Source: a virus
Virus record (IMG/VR): IMGVR_UViG_3300042691_027063
Location: 1-64,000 of that record
DNA length: 64,000 nt
Reading direction: 5' to 3' (one strand)
Shown: in pieces, positions 10,581 to 20,762 of the stretch
Numbering within the stretch: the first letter of the stretch is position 1
Layout of the letters: the number at the start of each line of letters is the position of its first letter
Made by a program: the position numbers and the translations under genes
The notes under the pieces: model-generated
Databases searched by the model: none
Seen by the model: only the letters and a program-made list of their open reading frames with translations
What the model was told of the DNA's origin: nothing

Positions 10581-13500
10581 TGGCTAGTACAGTTATGCTC
10601 AAAGCTTCGGGACTTCAAACGTCTCCAAATGAGCTTGAGCGTCAAGAAGGTGCATTAATCGAAGCCAAGAATGTCATTATTAAAAGAGATGGCATTATTG
10701 AGCAGCGTCGTGGATTCAATTTATACGGAACAGCTCTTCCTCAAATTTCTGACAGAGTTAAGCAACTCACTACTTACAGAAATCGTATCATTCGTCATTA
10801 CAATAATAAACTTCAATATGATTCAGATGGTTCTGGTACATTCTTAGAGTTTTCTGGTAATATCATGGAAACCCAAGAAGGGCTTAGAATGAAGTTTATC
10901 GAATCAAATGGTAACTTCTACTTTACTACTTCAGATGGAATTCAAAAAATTTCAGCAAAAAGTCCAAATGATTTCACAAGTGCGGAAGGCTATATTAAGC
11001 CAGCCGGAGCTGTAAAGGCTCTAGATTTAACTGGAACCCTACTTTATTCAGCAAACTCACAATCACAGTGGTTTCCTCAAGATTCTGCTGTAGCTTATCG
11101 AGTTCTTTGGGGTTATAAGGATGCTAATAATAATCTTGTTTTAGGTGCTCCATCACAAAGAGAAGTTGTAAGCAATCCAATGCTTGATCTTTTGTTACAA
11201 GATTATATGAGACTTCTCAATGTTTTAGATTCATTCGAGAACTCTCCTTTAACTTCCGCTAGAATTAATGATAAGAATTATATCTCAACCTTGGGAGTTA
11301 ATCTAACATCTACTGCAACTCAATTACAATCGAATCTTGTTGCTTTGACAACAAAAATAGATAACGATATTTTATACGCAAACCAGGCTTCCACAGCCCC
11401 ACTTCAAATGAACTCTGGTGCTGCGGTAATTTCTACTGGAACTTGCACAATAACATTTGCATCTGGTGATCCAACTCAGTATTTACAGCCAGGCTCTAAA
11501 ATTTTCCTGACTGGATTTGCTCCAGCAACTGAGACATTAGATGGCGAACAAACTGTAGTTACTGTAACTTCTACTACTATCACATTCAATACAACCGCCA
11601 CTGGTCCAGTTATTCTCTCTTCTGCTACAATTAATTCTGGAGAATATCGAGCTTTAACACAACCGTCTGTTCCTTCTAGTCCAGCAACAAATGGTCAGCT
11701 AGTTGAGATGCAGAATTATATTTCTGAAATTATTTCACTTTTAGCACAAGAGCCAACTACTGTGATTTCTACCACAGATCAAGCTCTTATTACTGAACTG
11801 GACGTAACAACAACAGCGACCACTCAACTATCTATAACAATTCCACAAGGAATAGACTCAAGTTATTTTTTCCAGGTTTATAGATCATCAATTGCTCAGG
11901 CAACTGGTGCTGCTACTTTTGATGACGTTGTTCCATCCGATGAATTACAGCTTGTTTATGAAGCTTATCCGACAAATGACGAGATAACCTCTGGAATTGT
12001 TGTATTTGAAGATATTACTCCAGATGCTTTTAGAGGGGCAAATCTTTATACAAATGCATCAACTGGTGAAGGTATTTTACAAGCAAACGATATCCCTCCA
12101 TTTGCTAAAGATATCAACAGATATCGAAATTCAGTATTTTATGCAAATACTAGAACTAGACATAGATTAGATTTAAATCTTCTTGGGGTAACCGAGATGA
12201 TTAATGATTTTGATAATGGGGATATACCAAAAGTAACAATTGCAAGTTCTAGTGCAAAAAACACCTATGAATTTATTTTGGGATTACAGCAAGTTGTAGA
12301 TGTTACGACTGTTGCCGATGTCGCTAATTCTTTGTCTGGTAAGTATTTTTTAATCAGTTCAACATCTAAAGATTACTATGTTTGGTTTAATACTGGAGCA
12401 TCTGGCGATCCAGCTATCGATGAGAGAACTGGGATCGAAGTAAAGATAAGTACAAACGCATCTGCTGTTCAGGTTGCACAAGCTTTATATAATAAACTAT
12501 CTACTTACTTATTTGATTTTATTGTAGAAATTGCTTCCAATCTTGTTACGATAAGAAACCTAGAATCTGGATATTGCCAAGAGGCTGAACATGGAAATAG
12601 TGGATTCATAGTAGATACAATAGTTTCTGGTACTGGAGAAGCAGTTCAGCCAGAAATCACTGAAATTAAGCCAGTTGCTGGTAATTTGTATGTATCTTCT
12701 GGTGCTGCTGACCACTTTTATATTTATTCAGCATTTGACCAAAAAGCATATTATGTTTGGTTTAAAAGAGCCTCGGCTGTAGACCCTGCTGTACCGGGAT
12801 TCATTCCAATTGAAATTGAAATAACAGGAACAGAAACTAAAGCAGATGTTGCTACTTTAATTGCTGCTGCTATGCCAACTGATGTTTTTTCTTGTTCTGT
12901 TGATGGAGATAATGTATTTATTACCAATGTTCAATCTGGTAAGTGCCAAGCAGCAAATGAGTTTGTTGCAAATCATGGATTTAAGGCTATTAGAATACAA
13001 GAAGGACTTTTGCAGGTTCTTCTTTCTCCAGTAACGTCTCCAGCACAAGCCGTAGACGAAACTGCTAGAAGTTTTGTTCGTGTTATAAATAAAAACATGG
13101 GCGGAGCTGTCTACGCTTATTACCTTTCTGGTAACTTCGATGTACCAGGAAAAATGAATTTAGAAGCAAGAGAATTAGATGCTTCTCAACAATTCTACGT
13201 TGTTGCGAATAATGATAATACTGGTATTTCATTTAATCCAGACATTGGACCTGAAATTGGTATTTTCAATATTACAGCAGGAGCTTCTCCAGAAATTTCA
13301 ACAACTGGTGCTCATTTATTAAAAACTGGTGACTTTGTAGTTATGACTGCAACTGATAGTATTCCTTCTGTTGATGGTCTATATGAGGTTACTGTAACAA
13401 GTCCAAGTACCTTTACTATAGAAGGTGTTTATACTATCGTTGGTGGTAGTTCTGGTGCTTTGATTAAAGCAACAAATGCGGTTTTTTCAGAAAATGAAGA

Positions 13501-15223
13501 AAAGATAAACAGAGTCTATTATTCAAAATTTAGTCAACCAGATGCTGTTCCTCTTTTGAACTTCTTTGATGTTGGTGCTGCGGATAAAGCTATTCTTAGA
13601 ATTGTTGCACTTAGAGATTCCCTCTTTGTATTTAAAGAAGACGGGCTATATCGTATTTCTGGTGAGAATGCTCCTTTTCAGTTAGAGCTATTCGATAACT
13701 CTCTAATTGCTATTGCCCCAGATTCTATTGCAGTTTGTAATAACATTATATACGCTTGGACCACACAAGGAATTCAAAGCCTTTCAGAGGGTGGTTCTAG
13801 AATCATTAGTAGAGCAATTGATAATATTATCTTAAGAATTCAGTCATCTAACTTCATTAATTTCAAGACAGCAACTTGGGGAGTTGGGTACGAATCCGAT
13901 AATGCTTATATCGTGTTTACTGTAAGTGACGAGGCTGATGAGGATGCAACAATTGCATATCGTTATTCAACTCTTACAAATTCATGGACCACCTACGATC
14001 TAACAAAGTTGGCTGGTGTTGTAAATCCAGCAGACGATAAGTTATATCTAGCATCTAGCGATGTTCCTTATATTGAACAGGAAAGAAAGACTTTTAGTAG
14101 GTTGGATTACACAGACCGAGAATTCACAAATGTCATTTCTGCAAATAAGCTTCTCGGAAATACAATAATTCTACCTTCTGTAACAAATATGTCAGTTGGG
14201 GATGTTATTGTTCAAGATCAAACTATTACTATGGAAGAGTTCAACATTCTTCTTAGAAAGCTCGATCTTGATACAGGAGTATCTGACTCGGATTATCTGT
14301 CCTCCTTGCAATTGGTTGCTGGTGGTAATCCTAGAGTTCAGCTAGAAGCACTTGCAAATAAACTAGATTCTGATGCCGGAGTTAATTATACTGGATTTTT
14401 TAGTGATATTTCTAATAAGTCTGGAGTGATAACTTCTATATCTCAGGCAGATTCAACAGTAATAACATCCGTAGGTCACGGTCTTTTGACTGGGCGTAAA
14501 GTTTTGATTGATAGCTCAGACTCAATTCCTTCAATAAATGGTTCACATATTGTTACAGTAATTGATGCGGATACTTTCAGTATTCCAATTCGAGTTACCA
14601 CAGCAGGAACTACTGGGAACTTTCAAACAGTTAATACAGACTTTGAAGACCTAAAAACTTGTTATAATAAAATTGTATCAGTTTTAAATACAGATACTGG
14701 GGTTTCTTTTAATAACTATAAACAAATCAATAATAATACAATTATGGAAGCTATTATTACTGATATTAATAGAATTACAAAGAAAATAACACTGAACTTG
14801 TCTTTGCAATTCCTAGTTGGAGAAATTACAGTTCACCAGGCTTTTGAGTCCGCTTTCACTTATAGTCCATCAACTTTAGGCGATCCTCTTATGCTTAAGC
14901 ACATGAGAGAGGCTACTATGATGTTTGAAAGTCGCGCTTTTACTGGCGGAACTCTTTCTTTCTCAACGGATTTATTACCAGAATTTCAGCCAGTTCCATT
15001 CAAAATGGACGGAAATGGAATCTTTGGACATACTCCTTTTGGTAGTGGGTTCTTTGGTGGAATTGGAAGTGCAGCACCGATGAGAACTTATATTCCGCGT
15101 CAGTGTCAAAGATGTCGATATATGGTCGTCAGATTCAGCCATAAAACAGCCAGGGAAGAATTCCGGGTAACTGGGATGTCTCTAACTGGTGAAATAGGTC
15201 AGTCAACAAGAGCTTATAGGTAA
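10580..15223 (+). CDS. Tail nozzle / tubular protein B (stabilisation protein)-like, with inserted repeat domains
   Basis: N-terminal GL...EAKNVII...G.IEQRRG; propeller-type segment RVYYSKFSQPDA...IVALRDSLFVFKEDGLYRISG; C-terminal CRYMVVRF; position typical of podovirus tails. Confidence 0.65.
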   Translation: MASTVMLKASGLQTSPNELERQEGALIEAKNVIIKRDGIIEQRRGFNLYGTALPQISDRVKQLTTYRNRIIRHYNNKLQYDSDGSGTFLEFSGNIMETQEGLRMKFIESNGNFYFTTSDGIQKISAKSPNDFTSAEGYIKPAGAVKALDLTGTLLYSANSQSQWFPQDSAVAYRVLWGYKDANNNLVLGAPSQREVVSNPMLDLLLQDYMRLLNVLDSFENSPLTSARINDKNYISTLGVNLTSTATQLQSNLVALTTKIDNDILYANQASTAPLQMNSGAAVISTGTCTITFASGDPTQYLQPGSKIFLTGFAPATETLDGEQTVVTVTSTTITFNTTATGPVILSSATINSGEYRALTQPSVPSSPATNGQLVEMQNYISEIISLLAQEPTTVISTTDQALITELDVTTTATTQLSITIPQGIDSSYFFQVYRSSIAQATGAATFDDVVPSDELQLVYEAYPTNDEITSGIVVFEDITPDAFRGANLYTNASTGEGILQANDIPPFAKDINRYRNSVFYANTRTRHRLDLNLLGVTEMINDFDNGDIPKVTIASSSAKNTYEFILGLQQVVDVTTVADVANSLSGKYFLISSTSKDYYVWFNTGASGDPAIDERTGIEVKISTNASAVQVAQALYNKLSTYLFDFIVEIASNLVTIRNLESGYCQEAEHGNSGFIVDTIVSGTGEAVQPEITEIKPVAGNLYVSSGAADHFYIYSAFDQKAYYVWFKRASAVDPAVPGFIPIEIEITGTETKADVATLIAAAMPTDVFSCSVDGDNVFITNVQSGKCQAANEFVANHGFKAIRIQEGLLQVLLSPVTSPAQAVDETARSFVRVINKNMGGAVYAYYLSGNFDVPGKMNLEARELDASQQFYVVANNDNTGISFNPDIGPEIGIFNITAGASPEISTTGAHLLKTGDFVVMTATDSIPSVDGLYEVTVTSPSTFTIEGVYTIVGGSSGALIKATNAVFSENEEKINRVYYSKFSQPDAVPLLNFFDVGAADKAILRIVALRDSLFVFKEDGLYRISGENAPFQLELFDNSLIAIAPDSIAVCNNIIYAWTTQGIQSLSEGGSRIISRAIDNIILRIQSSNFINFKTATWGVGYESDNAYIVFTVSDEADEDATIAYRYSTLTNSWTTYDLTKLAGVVNPADDKLYLASSDVPYIEQERKTFSRLDYTDREFTNVISANKLLGNTIILPSVTNMSVGDVIVQDQTITMEEFNILLRKLDLDTGVSDSDYLSSLQLVAGGNPRVQLEALANKLDSDAGVNYTGFFSDISNKSGVITSISQADSTVITSVGHGLLTGRKVLIDSSDSIPSINGSHIVTVIDADTFSIPIRVTTAGTTGNFQTVNTDFEDLKTCYNKIVSVLNTDTGVSFNNYKQINNNTIMEAIITDINRITKKITLNLSLQFLVGEITVHQAFESAFTYSPSTLGDPLMLKHMREATMMFESRAFTGGTLSFSTDLLPEFQPVPFKMDGNGIFGHTPFGSGFFGGIGSAAPMRTYIPRQCQRCRYMVVRFSHKTAREEFRVTGMSLTGEIGQSTRAYR

Positions 15224-15226
15224 TAT

Positions 15227-15640
15227 ATGCCACGTCTATCTAGCTATAAACGTATTGTTACAAATGACTATAAAGAGGAAGATAGGGAGCTAGTTGACCA
15301 GCTTTCTGGCTCGGTCAATGACTCTTTTAATGCTCTTTATTTCGCAGTAAATGGTCGTTTGAGTCTTTCAGAGAATATATTTTGTACAGTGAAGGATGTG
15401 GAAGTTACTGTAAATTCTTCTGGAGTTCCGACTTTTACAACATCTTTTGGGCTAAACAGTAGCTATTTGGTGATTGGTTGTCAAGTTATAAAGGTTGATA
15501 ATCTAACAAATTCATCTAGTTATCCAACTGGTCAGCCATTTATAACATTTGTTCAGAATGGAAATAGCGTAATTATTAATCATATCAGTAACTTACAACC
15601 TAATAATAGGTATTTAGTGCGAATTGTCGCATATGGCTAA
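15227..15640 (+). CDS. Small tail-associated protein
   Basis: 137-aa ORF between the nozzle and ejection genes. Confidence 0.5.
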   Translation: MPRLSSYKRIVTNDYKEEDRELVDQLSGSVNDSFNALYFAVNGRLSLSENIFCTVKDVEVTVNSSGVPTFTTSFGLNSSYLVIGCQVIKVDNLTNSSSYPTGQPFITFVQNGNSVIINHISNLQPNNRYLVRIVAYG

Positions 15641-15655
15641 TTAACAACTATTAGA
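15641..15655 (+). promoter_or_regulatory. Candidate late-promoter motif, partial copy
   Basis: TTAACAACTATTAGA in the intergenic gap before the 15682 ORF. Confidence 0.4.
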
Positions 15656-15681
15656 TGATATTATTATCTTTTTGAGGATTT

Positions 15682-18180
15682 ATGGCTTTAATACCCCCAC
15701 AAGGACAGCAACAAGAGCAGGAAGAAGATCAGAATCAACCGAAGATTCTCAATACTGCCGTTCCTAAAGGAACAGGCTTCACTAATTTGAATAGAGTCAT
15801 GCAAGCCAACCGTTCAAATAGACTTGGTTCTACCCTTGCCGGTGGTGTAGCAGGAGCTGCCCAGCAGTTTAAGGGTGGATTGCAGGGTTCACAACAAAGA
15901 TTCTTACAAGAGGCAAATAGAGCTAGACTTGATACTCCAGAGGCAGCAGCTAAAAGAGCTGAAGTTTTAGGTCGTTTTGATGATAGTAATGTTCAAGTCG
16001 ATGAGTCTAAATTCCAGGTTAGTAGTGGTTTGCAGCAAAAATATGCTTCTCAGCGATCTACCTTAGAAGAACAAAGACAGAAAGCACAAGATTTCCTTTC
16101 ACAAAATAAGGCTCTAATTGAGCAAAGAATTGCACAAGATCAAGCAGCTATCGATGATTTAAGAAAAAAGTACGAAGCGGCTAAGCAGAATCAGAGAGAA
16201 GTTCGTACGCCCGGTACTAACCAGTTACTTAGTATGGTGACTGGTGCTCAGTTTAAAAGAGATTTAAGTGCAAGAGAAGCGTCTTTGGCTTCCCTCAGAG
16301 GAACATTGGGTGCAATTACTGGAACAACCGCAGCACAAGAAAAAGATATTGTTGATAGACTTGCGGCAGTTGAAAAAGATTATGGAAGAATGACCGAAGC
16401 TGAAAAGCAAGCTTTCATTCAATCAGAAAGAGATAGAATTGTTGCCGAAAATCTTCCATCTGCAGAAGAGATGGAGAAATTTAGAAGATATCAAACTGGT
16501 GCATACACTGGTCCTAAAGAACTCCAAGATTTTCAAGCTTTAATTGGACAAGCTCAAGAAACTGAACAGCTCGGTCAATTGGCTCGTTCTACTGGCGGAA
16601 GAGAGGAACTTCTTAAACGCTTTGTAGGTGGTCGAGAATATACTCAAGGTCAGCGTGGCTTAGATACTGCAATTCTAGGTCAGGATCGTTCAAATCAATT
16701 ATCTCAAGCTTCTAAGCAAACTCTCGGTGCTGAACGTCAAACAAATCTAGCTAATAGACTTGCTTCTGCTCAAGCTCAAGATTTTGTAAATAAAGCTCGT
16801 GCTTTTGGTCAGGAAACAACTTCAATGATCGATAAGGCTAAAGAGCCTTTGATGGGTAGAGTTTCTGAGCAATTGAAATCAATGCAACAAAGTGAAGAAC
16901 AAAGAGCTAAAGATTTAACTCAGATTCAAGGAATCCTTCGCGGAGAAGGACAATATTCAAATCTTGATTCAATGTCAAGAACAGGTCTTGCTTTACAGTT
17001 AGCAGCAGATGCTGGCTACCTTAGTAATGAAGAAGCTCGCGGATTGCTTTCTCAAGGTGGGATTGTTCGCCGTGCTCAAAACCTCGGAGCTGATATAAAT
17101 GCTCTACTTGCTGAAAGATTCCAAAATACTGCCGGTGTTGGATTAAATGAACAAGCTGCTGCGACTTCAGATCAAGAAGCTCGTTTAAGAGCTCTCGACA
17201 GACTTGCAGGAAGAGTTGGAACAGATGTTGCTTTCTCTGGTCCAGAAACTTATCAAGCTGGAAGACTTGGACTCAATTTCGATAGTTTAGCACAAGAAAT
17301 TGCTAGACAAGAACAAGCAAAAATGCAACAGGATGCTGGGTTTGCACAAAGAATGGAGCAACAGAAATTAACTCCGCTTCAGCAGATTCTCGGAGGTGCA
17401 TTGACTACTGGCAGTGCGATTCAAGGTAGTACTGCTGGTGATGTTTTAACTGGTGCTGCTTTGTATGGTGGAGCTAGTAGTGCTTTGGGTGGCTTGGGTC
17501 TGGGTGCTGGTGGTGGAGCTGGCTTAACTGCTAGTGGAGCAATGGCTGGAGCAGCCCCTTATGCGCTTGCTGCTATGCTTGCTTCTGATCTTTTAACTGG
17601 AGGAGATGCAACGGCACAAGCAGTAGAAGGTGCAACTATGGCTGGAACTGGTGTTGCTAGATTAGGAAATGAAGGTCAAATGAAAATCATGGATGAATTG
17701 ATTAAACTTGGTGGAAGTAATGACGCTACTAAGAATTTGAGAAGATTAAACGAGTTCTATGGTCAATCTATTGGTAAAGGGATTGGTGAGGTTTCACAAA
17801 ATGCAATGACCACTGCTCAAGGTTTGCGTGATCTAACGCAATCTGGTAAAATTGACCAAGCTATCGCAAAGCTTTCGGGATATGATAACGCAGTTAGAGC
17901 TGTCCGGAATGTCGGAAAGTCAGTTTCTACTGCTCTTTTTGGTGGTAAGACTGGTAACTGGGCAACTCGAGATTACAATACCACAGATGTTGAAACTGGT
18001 AAGAGAGTAAAGATTGGTTCTTTTGCTAATAGATCATCCGATGAAATTATGCGCCAAATTCTTGGTAGACAGGTTCAAATGTCTGCTGCCAGGGGTAAAG
18101 GTGGAAATGAGGGTGCTAAGATGGTGAACGAGCTTCTAAAGTATTATAATGCCGCGTTAAAACGCGAAGGTAAAGCTTAA
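15682..18180 (+). CDS. Probable internal virion / DNA ejection protein
   Basis: Gln/Ala-rich coiled coil with a Gly/Ala-rich hydrophobic segment; follows the tail genes as in podoviruses. Confidence 0.55.
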   Translation: MALIPPQGQQQEQEEDQNQPKILNTAVPKGTGFTNLNRVMQANRSNRLGSTLAGGVAGAAQQFKGGLQGSQQRFLQEANRARLDTPEAAAKRAEVLGRFDDSNVQVDESKFQVSSGLQQKYASQRSTLEEQRQKAQDFLSQNKALIEQRIAQDQAAIDDLRKKYEAAKQNQREVRTPGTNQLLSMVTGAQFKRDLSAREASLASLRGTLGAITGTTAAQEKDIVDRLAAVEKDYGRMTEAEKQAFIQSERDRIVAENLPSAEEMEKFRRYQTGAYTGPKELQDFQALIGQAQETEQLGQLARSTGGREELLKRFVGGREYTQGQRGLDTAILGQDRSNQLSQASKQTLGAERQTNLANRLASAQAQDFVNKARAFGQETTSMIDKAKEPLMGRVSEQLKSMQQSEEQRAKDLTQIQGILRGEGQYSNLDSMSRTGLALQLAADAGYLSNEEARGLLSQGGIVRRAQNLGADINALLAERFQNTAGVGLNEQAAATSDQEARLRALDRLAGRVGTDVAFSGPETYQAGRLGLNFDSLAQEIARQEQAKMQQDAGFAQRMEQQKLTPLQQILGGALTTGSAIQGSTAGDVLTGAALYGGASSALGGLGLGAGGGAGLTASGAMAGAAPYALAAMLASDLLTGGDATAQAVEGATMAGTGVARLGNEGQMKIMDELIKLGGSNDATKNLRRLNEFYGQSIGKGIGEVSQNAMTTAQGLRDLTQSGKIDQAIAKLSGYDNAVRAVRNVGKSVSTALFGGKTGNWATRDYNTTDVETGKRVKIGSFANRSSDEIMRQILGRQVQMSAARGKGGNEGAKMVNELLKYYNAALKREGKA

Positions 18181-18196
18181 CAACTTATATAGAAAC
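18177..18196 (+). promoter_or_regulatory. Candidate late-promoter motif, copy 2
   Basis: TTAACAACTTATATAGAAAC followed by a GGAG RBS and the ATG at 18208. Confidence 0.6.
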
Positions 18197-18207
18197 GGAG
18201 ATATATA

Positions 18208-19200
18208 ATGGCGTGGGGTATGATCGCAGCTTCAGTAGCTGCACCGATTATTGGAGGGTTAGTAGGCAATATAGCTGCCCAGGGAGATCGCGATAAACAG
18301 CGTTCTGCAATGAAGGCTGCTTTAGCCGAGCTTAATCGCCTTGGCACTCCTCCTGATCTATCTAAAGAAATTTTATTGCAAGAACTTCAGCGTCAGGGTG
18401 TTTATACGCCACAGATGGAAGAAGAGATTGCTGTAGCTGAGTCTGAACTTGCTCAGGTAAAAGAAGACCCGGCTCTTAGAGAGGCTGGCATATCTGCTCT
18501 CCGTATGATGCAACAGCGAGCTAAAACTGGCTTGTCTGCAGAAGATCGTGCTGCTTTAAATCAGGTTCGTCAAGAAGTTCAAAGAGACGCAGAAGCTAAG
18601 CGTCAGCAAATTCTACAACAAATGCAGTCTCGTGGTATGGCTGGTTCTGGTCAAGAGCTCGCCATGCAATTACAGGCTGCTCAGGGTACAGCAGATCAGG
18701 CTGCAGCTGGATCGGATCAATTAATGGCTCAGGCTCAACAAAGAGCTTTGGCTGCATTAGGTCAGTCTTCTGATATGGCTGCAAATATGCGCAGACAAGA
18801 TTTTGACGTTGAGTCGGCTCGAGCTAGAGCATTGGATGAAAGAAATCGTTTTCTGGCTGAAAATTCAACGTCAAGACAAACTCGAAATGTTACAGCAATG
18901 AATCAGGCTCAAAGAGCTAATCTAGAAGAACAACAGAGAATTGCTGATTACAATACTCAGTTAAAGAATCAGGAAAAGCTTCGTCAAGCACAGGCTCAAA
19001 GAGATTTCTTCCAAGATAAGCTTGGTTTGGCTAGAGCTAAATCTGGAGCACTTTCAGGTCAAGCTGATTTTTACGGACAACAAGCACAACAAACCACTCA
19101 GCAATATGCTGGTATGGGTTCTGCGATTGGTGGCGGTATCACTGCTTATGGTCAACAACAACAGAGTAATAAACTATTAGACCTTCTCGCTAAGAAGTAA
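18208..19200 (+). CDS. Probable DNA ejection / pilot protein
   Basis: N-terminal MAWGMIAASVAAPIIGGLVG, Gln/Ala-rich helical body, SRGMAGSG motif, Gly-rich C-terminus. Confidence 0.6.
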   Translation: MAWGMIAASVAAPIIGGLVGNIAAQGDRDKQRSAMKAALAELNRLGTPPDLSKEILLQELQRQGVYTPQMEEEIAVAESELAQVKEDPALREAGISALRMMQQRAKTGLSAEDRAALNQVRQEVQRDAEAKRQQILQQMQSRGMAGSGQELAMQLQAAQGTADQAAAGSDQLMAQAQQRALAALGQSSDMAANMRRQDFDVESARARALDERNRFLAENSTSRQTRNVTAMNQAQRANLEEQQRIADYNTQLKNQEKLRQAQAQRDFFQDKLGLARAKSGALSGQADFYGQQAQQTTQQYAGMGSAIGGGITAYGQQQQSNKLLDLLAKK

Positions 19201-19208
19201 GGATAAGT

Positions 19209-20762
19209 ATGGATTTTGGTAAATTTCTTCGTCTAATTGGAAAGCAATCAGATGAGCTAGTTCCAGCCGCAACAAGACAAGTTGACGAGTTAGCAGAGGA
19301 AGCATTACCTGCTACTAGAAAGTCAACAATTCCAACAGAGGTTGGACCTGAAGTAATTGGTGAAGGTCAAAGCCGTGCCACCAAACAAGCGGCTGATGCA
19401 ATAGATGCTGAGTTTACTGAAATTACACCGACTACTGGGATGGAAGATATGACATTCCTTAATCGTATTGATCCTAGATTGGTAAATGCAGCTAAAGCTT
19501 TTGGTAAAGGCGGGGCTGTAGGAGCCGGTGCTGGTTATTTAGCCAGTGAAATTTTCCCTCCTGGAGAAGAAGAACAAGTTCAAATTCCATTTAGACCAGA
19601 AGAAAAAAAGATGGAACAGCCAACACAAGCTTCTGTTCCTGAACAAAAGGCAGCTGCTCCTCAGCCTATTTCACCGACACAAAGAAAAGTTTCTGTAGAT
19701 GTTGCTGAAAAAGTTCAACAAGCTACTCCTGAACAGGCAGAATCTGATTTTTTAAATGCTTTGATGGCTGGTCAGAGAGCAACAATCGACAATCAATTTT
19801 CCAATGCTCTTCTTAGAGCAGCAACTCAAGCCGGTGCAGCTATCGCTGGTTCTGGTGCTAGAGCTGATTACAACGTGGTCGATGCTCTTGATAAAACAGT
19901 AAGCCAGCCTGAGCAAATTGCTAAAACTGCAGTTGATGCAAAAAAAGCACAACAATCATTTGATAAGACTCGTCTTGAGCTACAAGATGAAGCCAAGCTT
20001 CGTGATCCAAATTCCAGTGCCTCAAAAATGGCTAAGAGAATCCTTAGTAAGTATGGACTAAATGTAAATACAGCAAAAGAAGCTCAGGATGCTGGAATTA
20101 ATATCCAGAATATCCTTTTACAGGAAATGGCTTCTCAAAGAGCAAAAGAGCTTGCTGAGATTCAATCAGGAAAGTCTGTCTCTAAAAAAACAACTGACTT
20201 TGTAAAGGGTGCTCAAAAGGCTCTTCTTAAGCCATACCAGGAGTTTCAGAAAGTAGATAATGCGTATAAATCATTGCAAACATTTGCCGATGATACAAAA
20301 ATGCAAGCCGGTCCAAAAGATGTAGCAATGCTTTATGATTTCATTAAAACCCTTGACCCTGGTTCTGTAGTTAGAGAGGGTGAAATTGCATTAACTAGAC
20401 AAGGTATGTCTCAATTAGAAGCTTTGGGATTAAAAATCAATAGAATCACTAAATCTGATTTGTTGACTCCTGAATTCCGTCAGGGTATTGCTCAAATTGC
20501 AAAAGCTAAGAGAGATCAAGCATTTGAAGCTTATAACCAGATTAGACAGCCTTATATACAAGAGGCGGAATCTGTTGGGCTAAAACCAGAAGATTTCGAT
20601 CGCTTTGATTACGGAGCTGGGGCAAAAACAGAAACTCCAGAGCCAGCTGGAAAAAAGACAGTAAAATTAGGTTCTTCAAAGAAACCTGGAACTATAGTAA
20701 CAACTAAGAGTGGTAAATCGTATCGTGTAAACGAAGATGGAATGACCGCCACGGAGTTATAA
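19209..20762 (+). CDS. Probable internal virion / ejection protein
   Basis: Helical protein with D.AMLYDFIKTLDPGSVVREGE motif, commonly seen in podovirus ejection proteins. Confidence 0.6.
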   Translation: MDFGKFLRLIGKQSDELVPAATRQVDELAEEALPATRKSTIPTEVGPEVIGEGQSRATKQAADAIDAEFTEITPTTGMEDMTFLNRIDPRLVNAAKAFGKGGAVGAGAGYLASEIFPPGEEEQVQIPFRPEEKKMEQPTQASVPEQKAAAPQPISPTQRKVSVDVAEKVQQATPEQAESDFLNALMAGQRATIDNQFSNALLRAATQAGAAIAGSGARADYNVVDALDKTVSQPEQIAKTAVDAKKAQQSFDKTRLELQDEAKLRDPNSSASKMAKRILSKYGLNVNTAKEAQDAGINIQNILLQEMASQRAKELAEIQSGKSVSKKTTDFVKGAQKALLKPYQEFQKVDNAYKSLQTFADDTKMQAGPKDVAMLYDFIKTLDPGSVVREGEIALTRQGMSQLEALGLKINRITKSDLLTPEFRQGIAQIAKAKRDQAFEAYNQIRQPYIQEAESVGLKPEDFDRFDYGAGAKTETPEPAGKKTVKLGSSKKPGTIVTTKSGKSYRVNEDGMTATEL

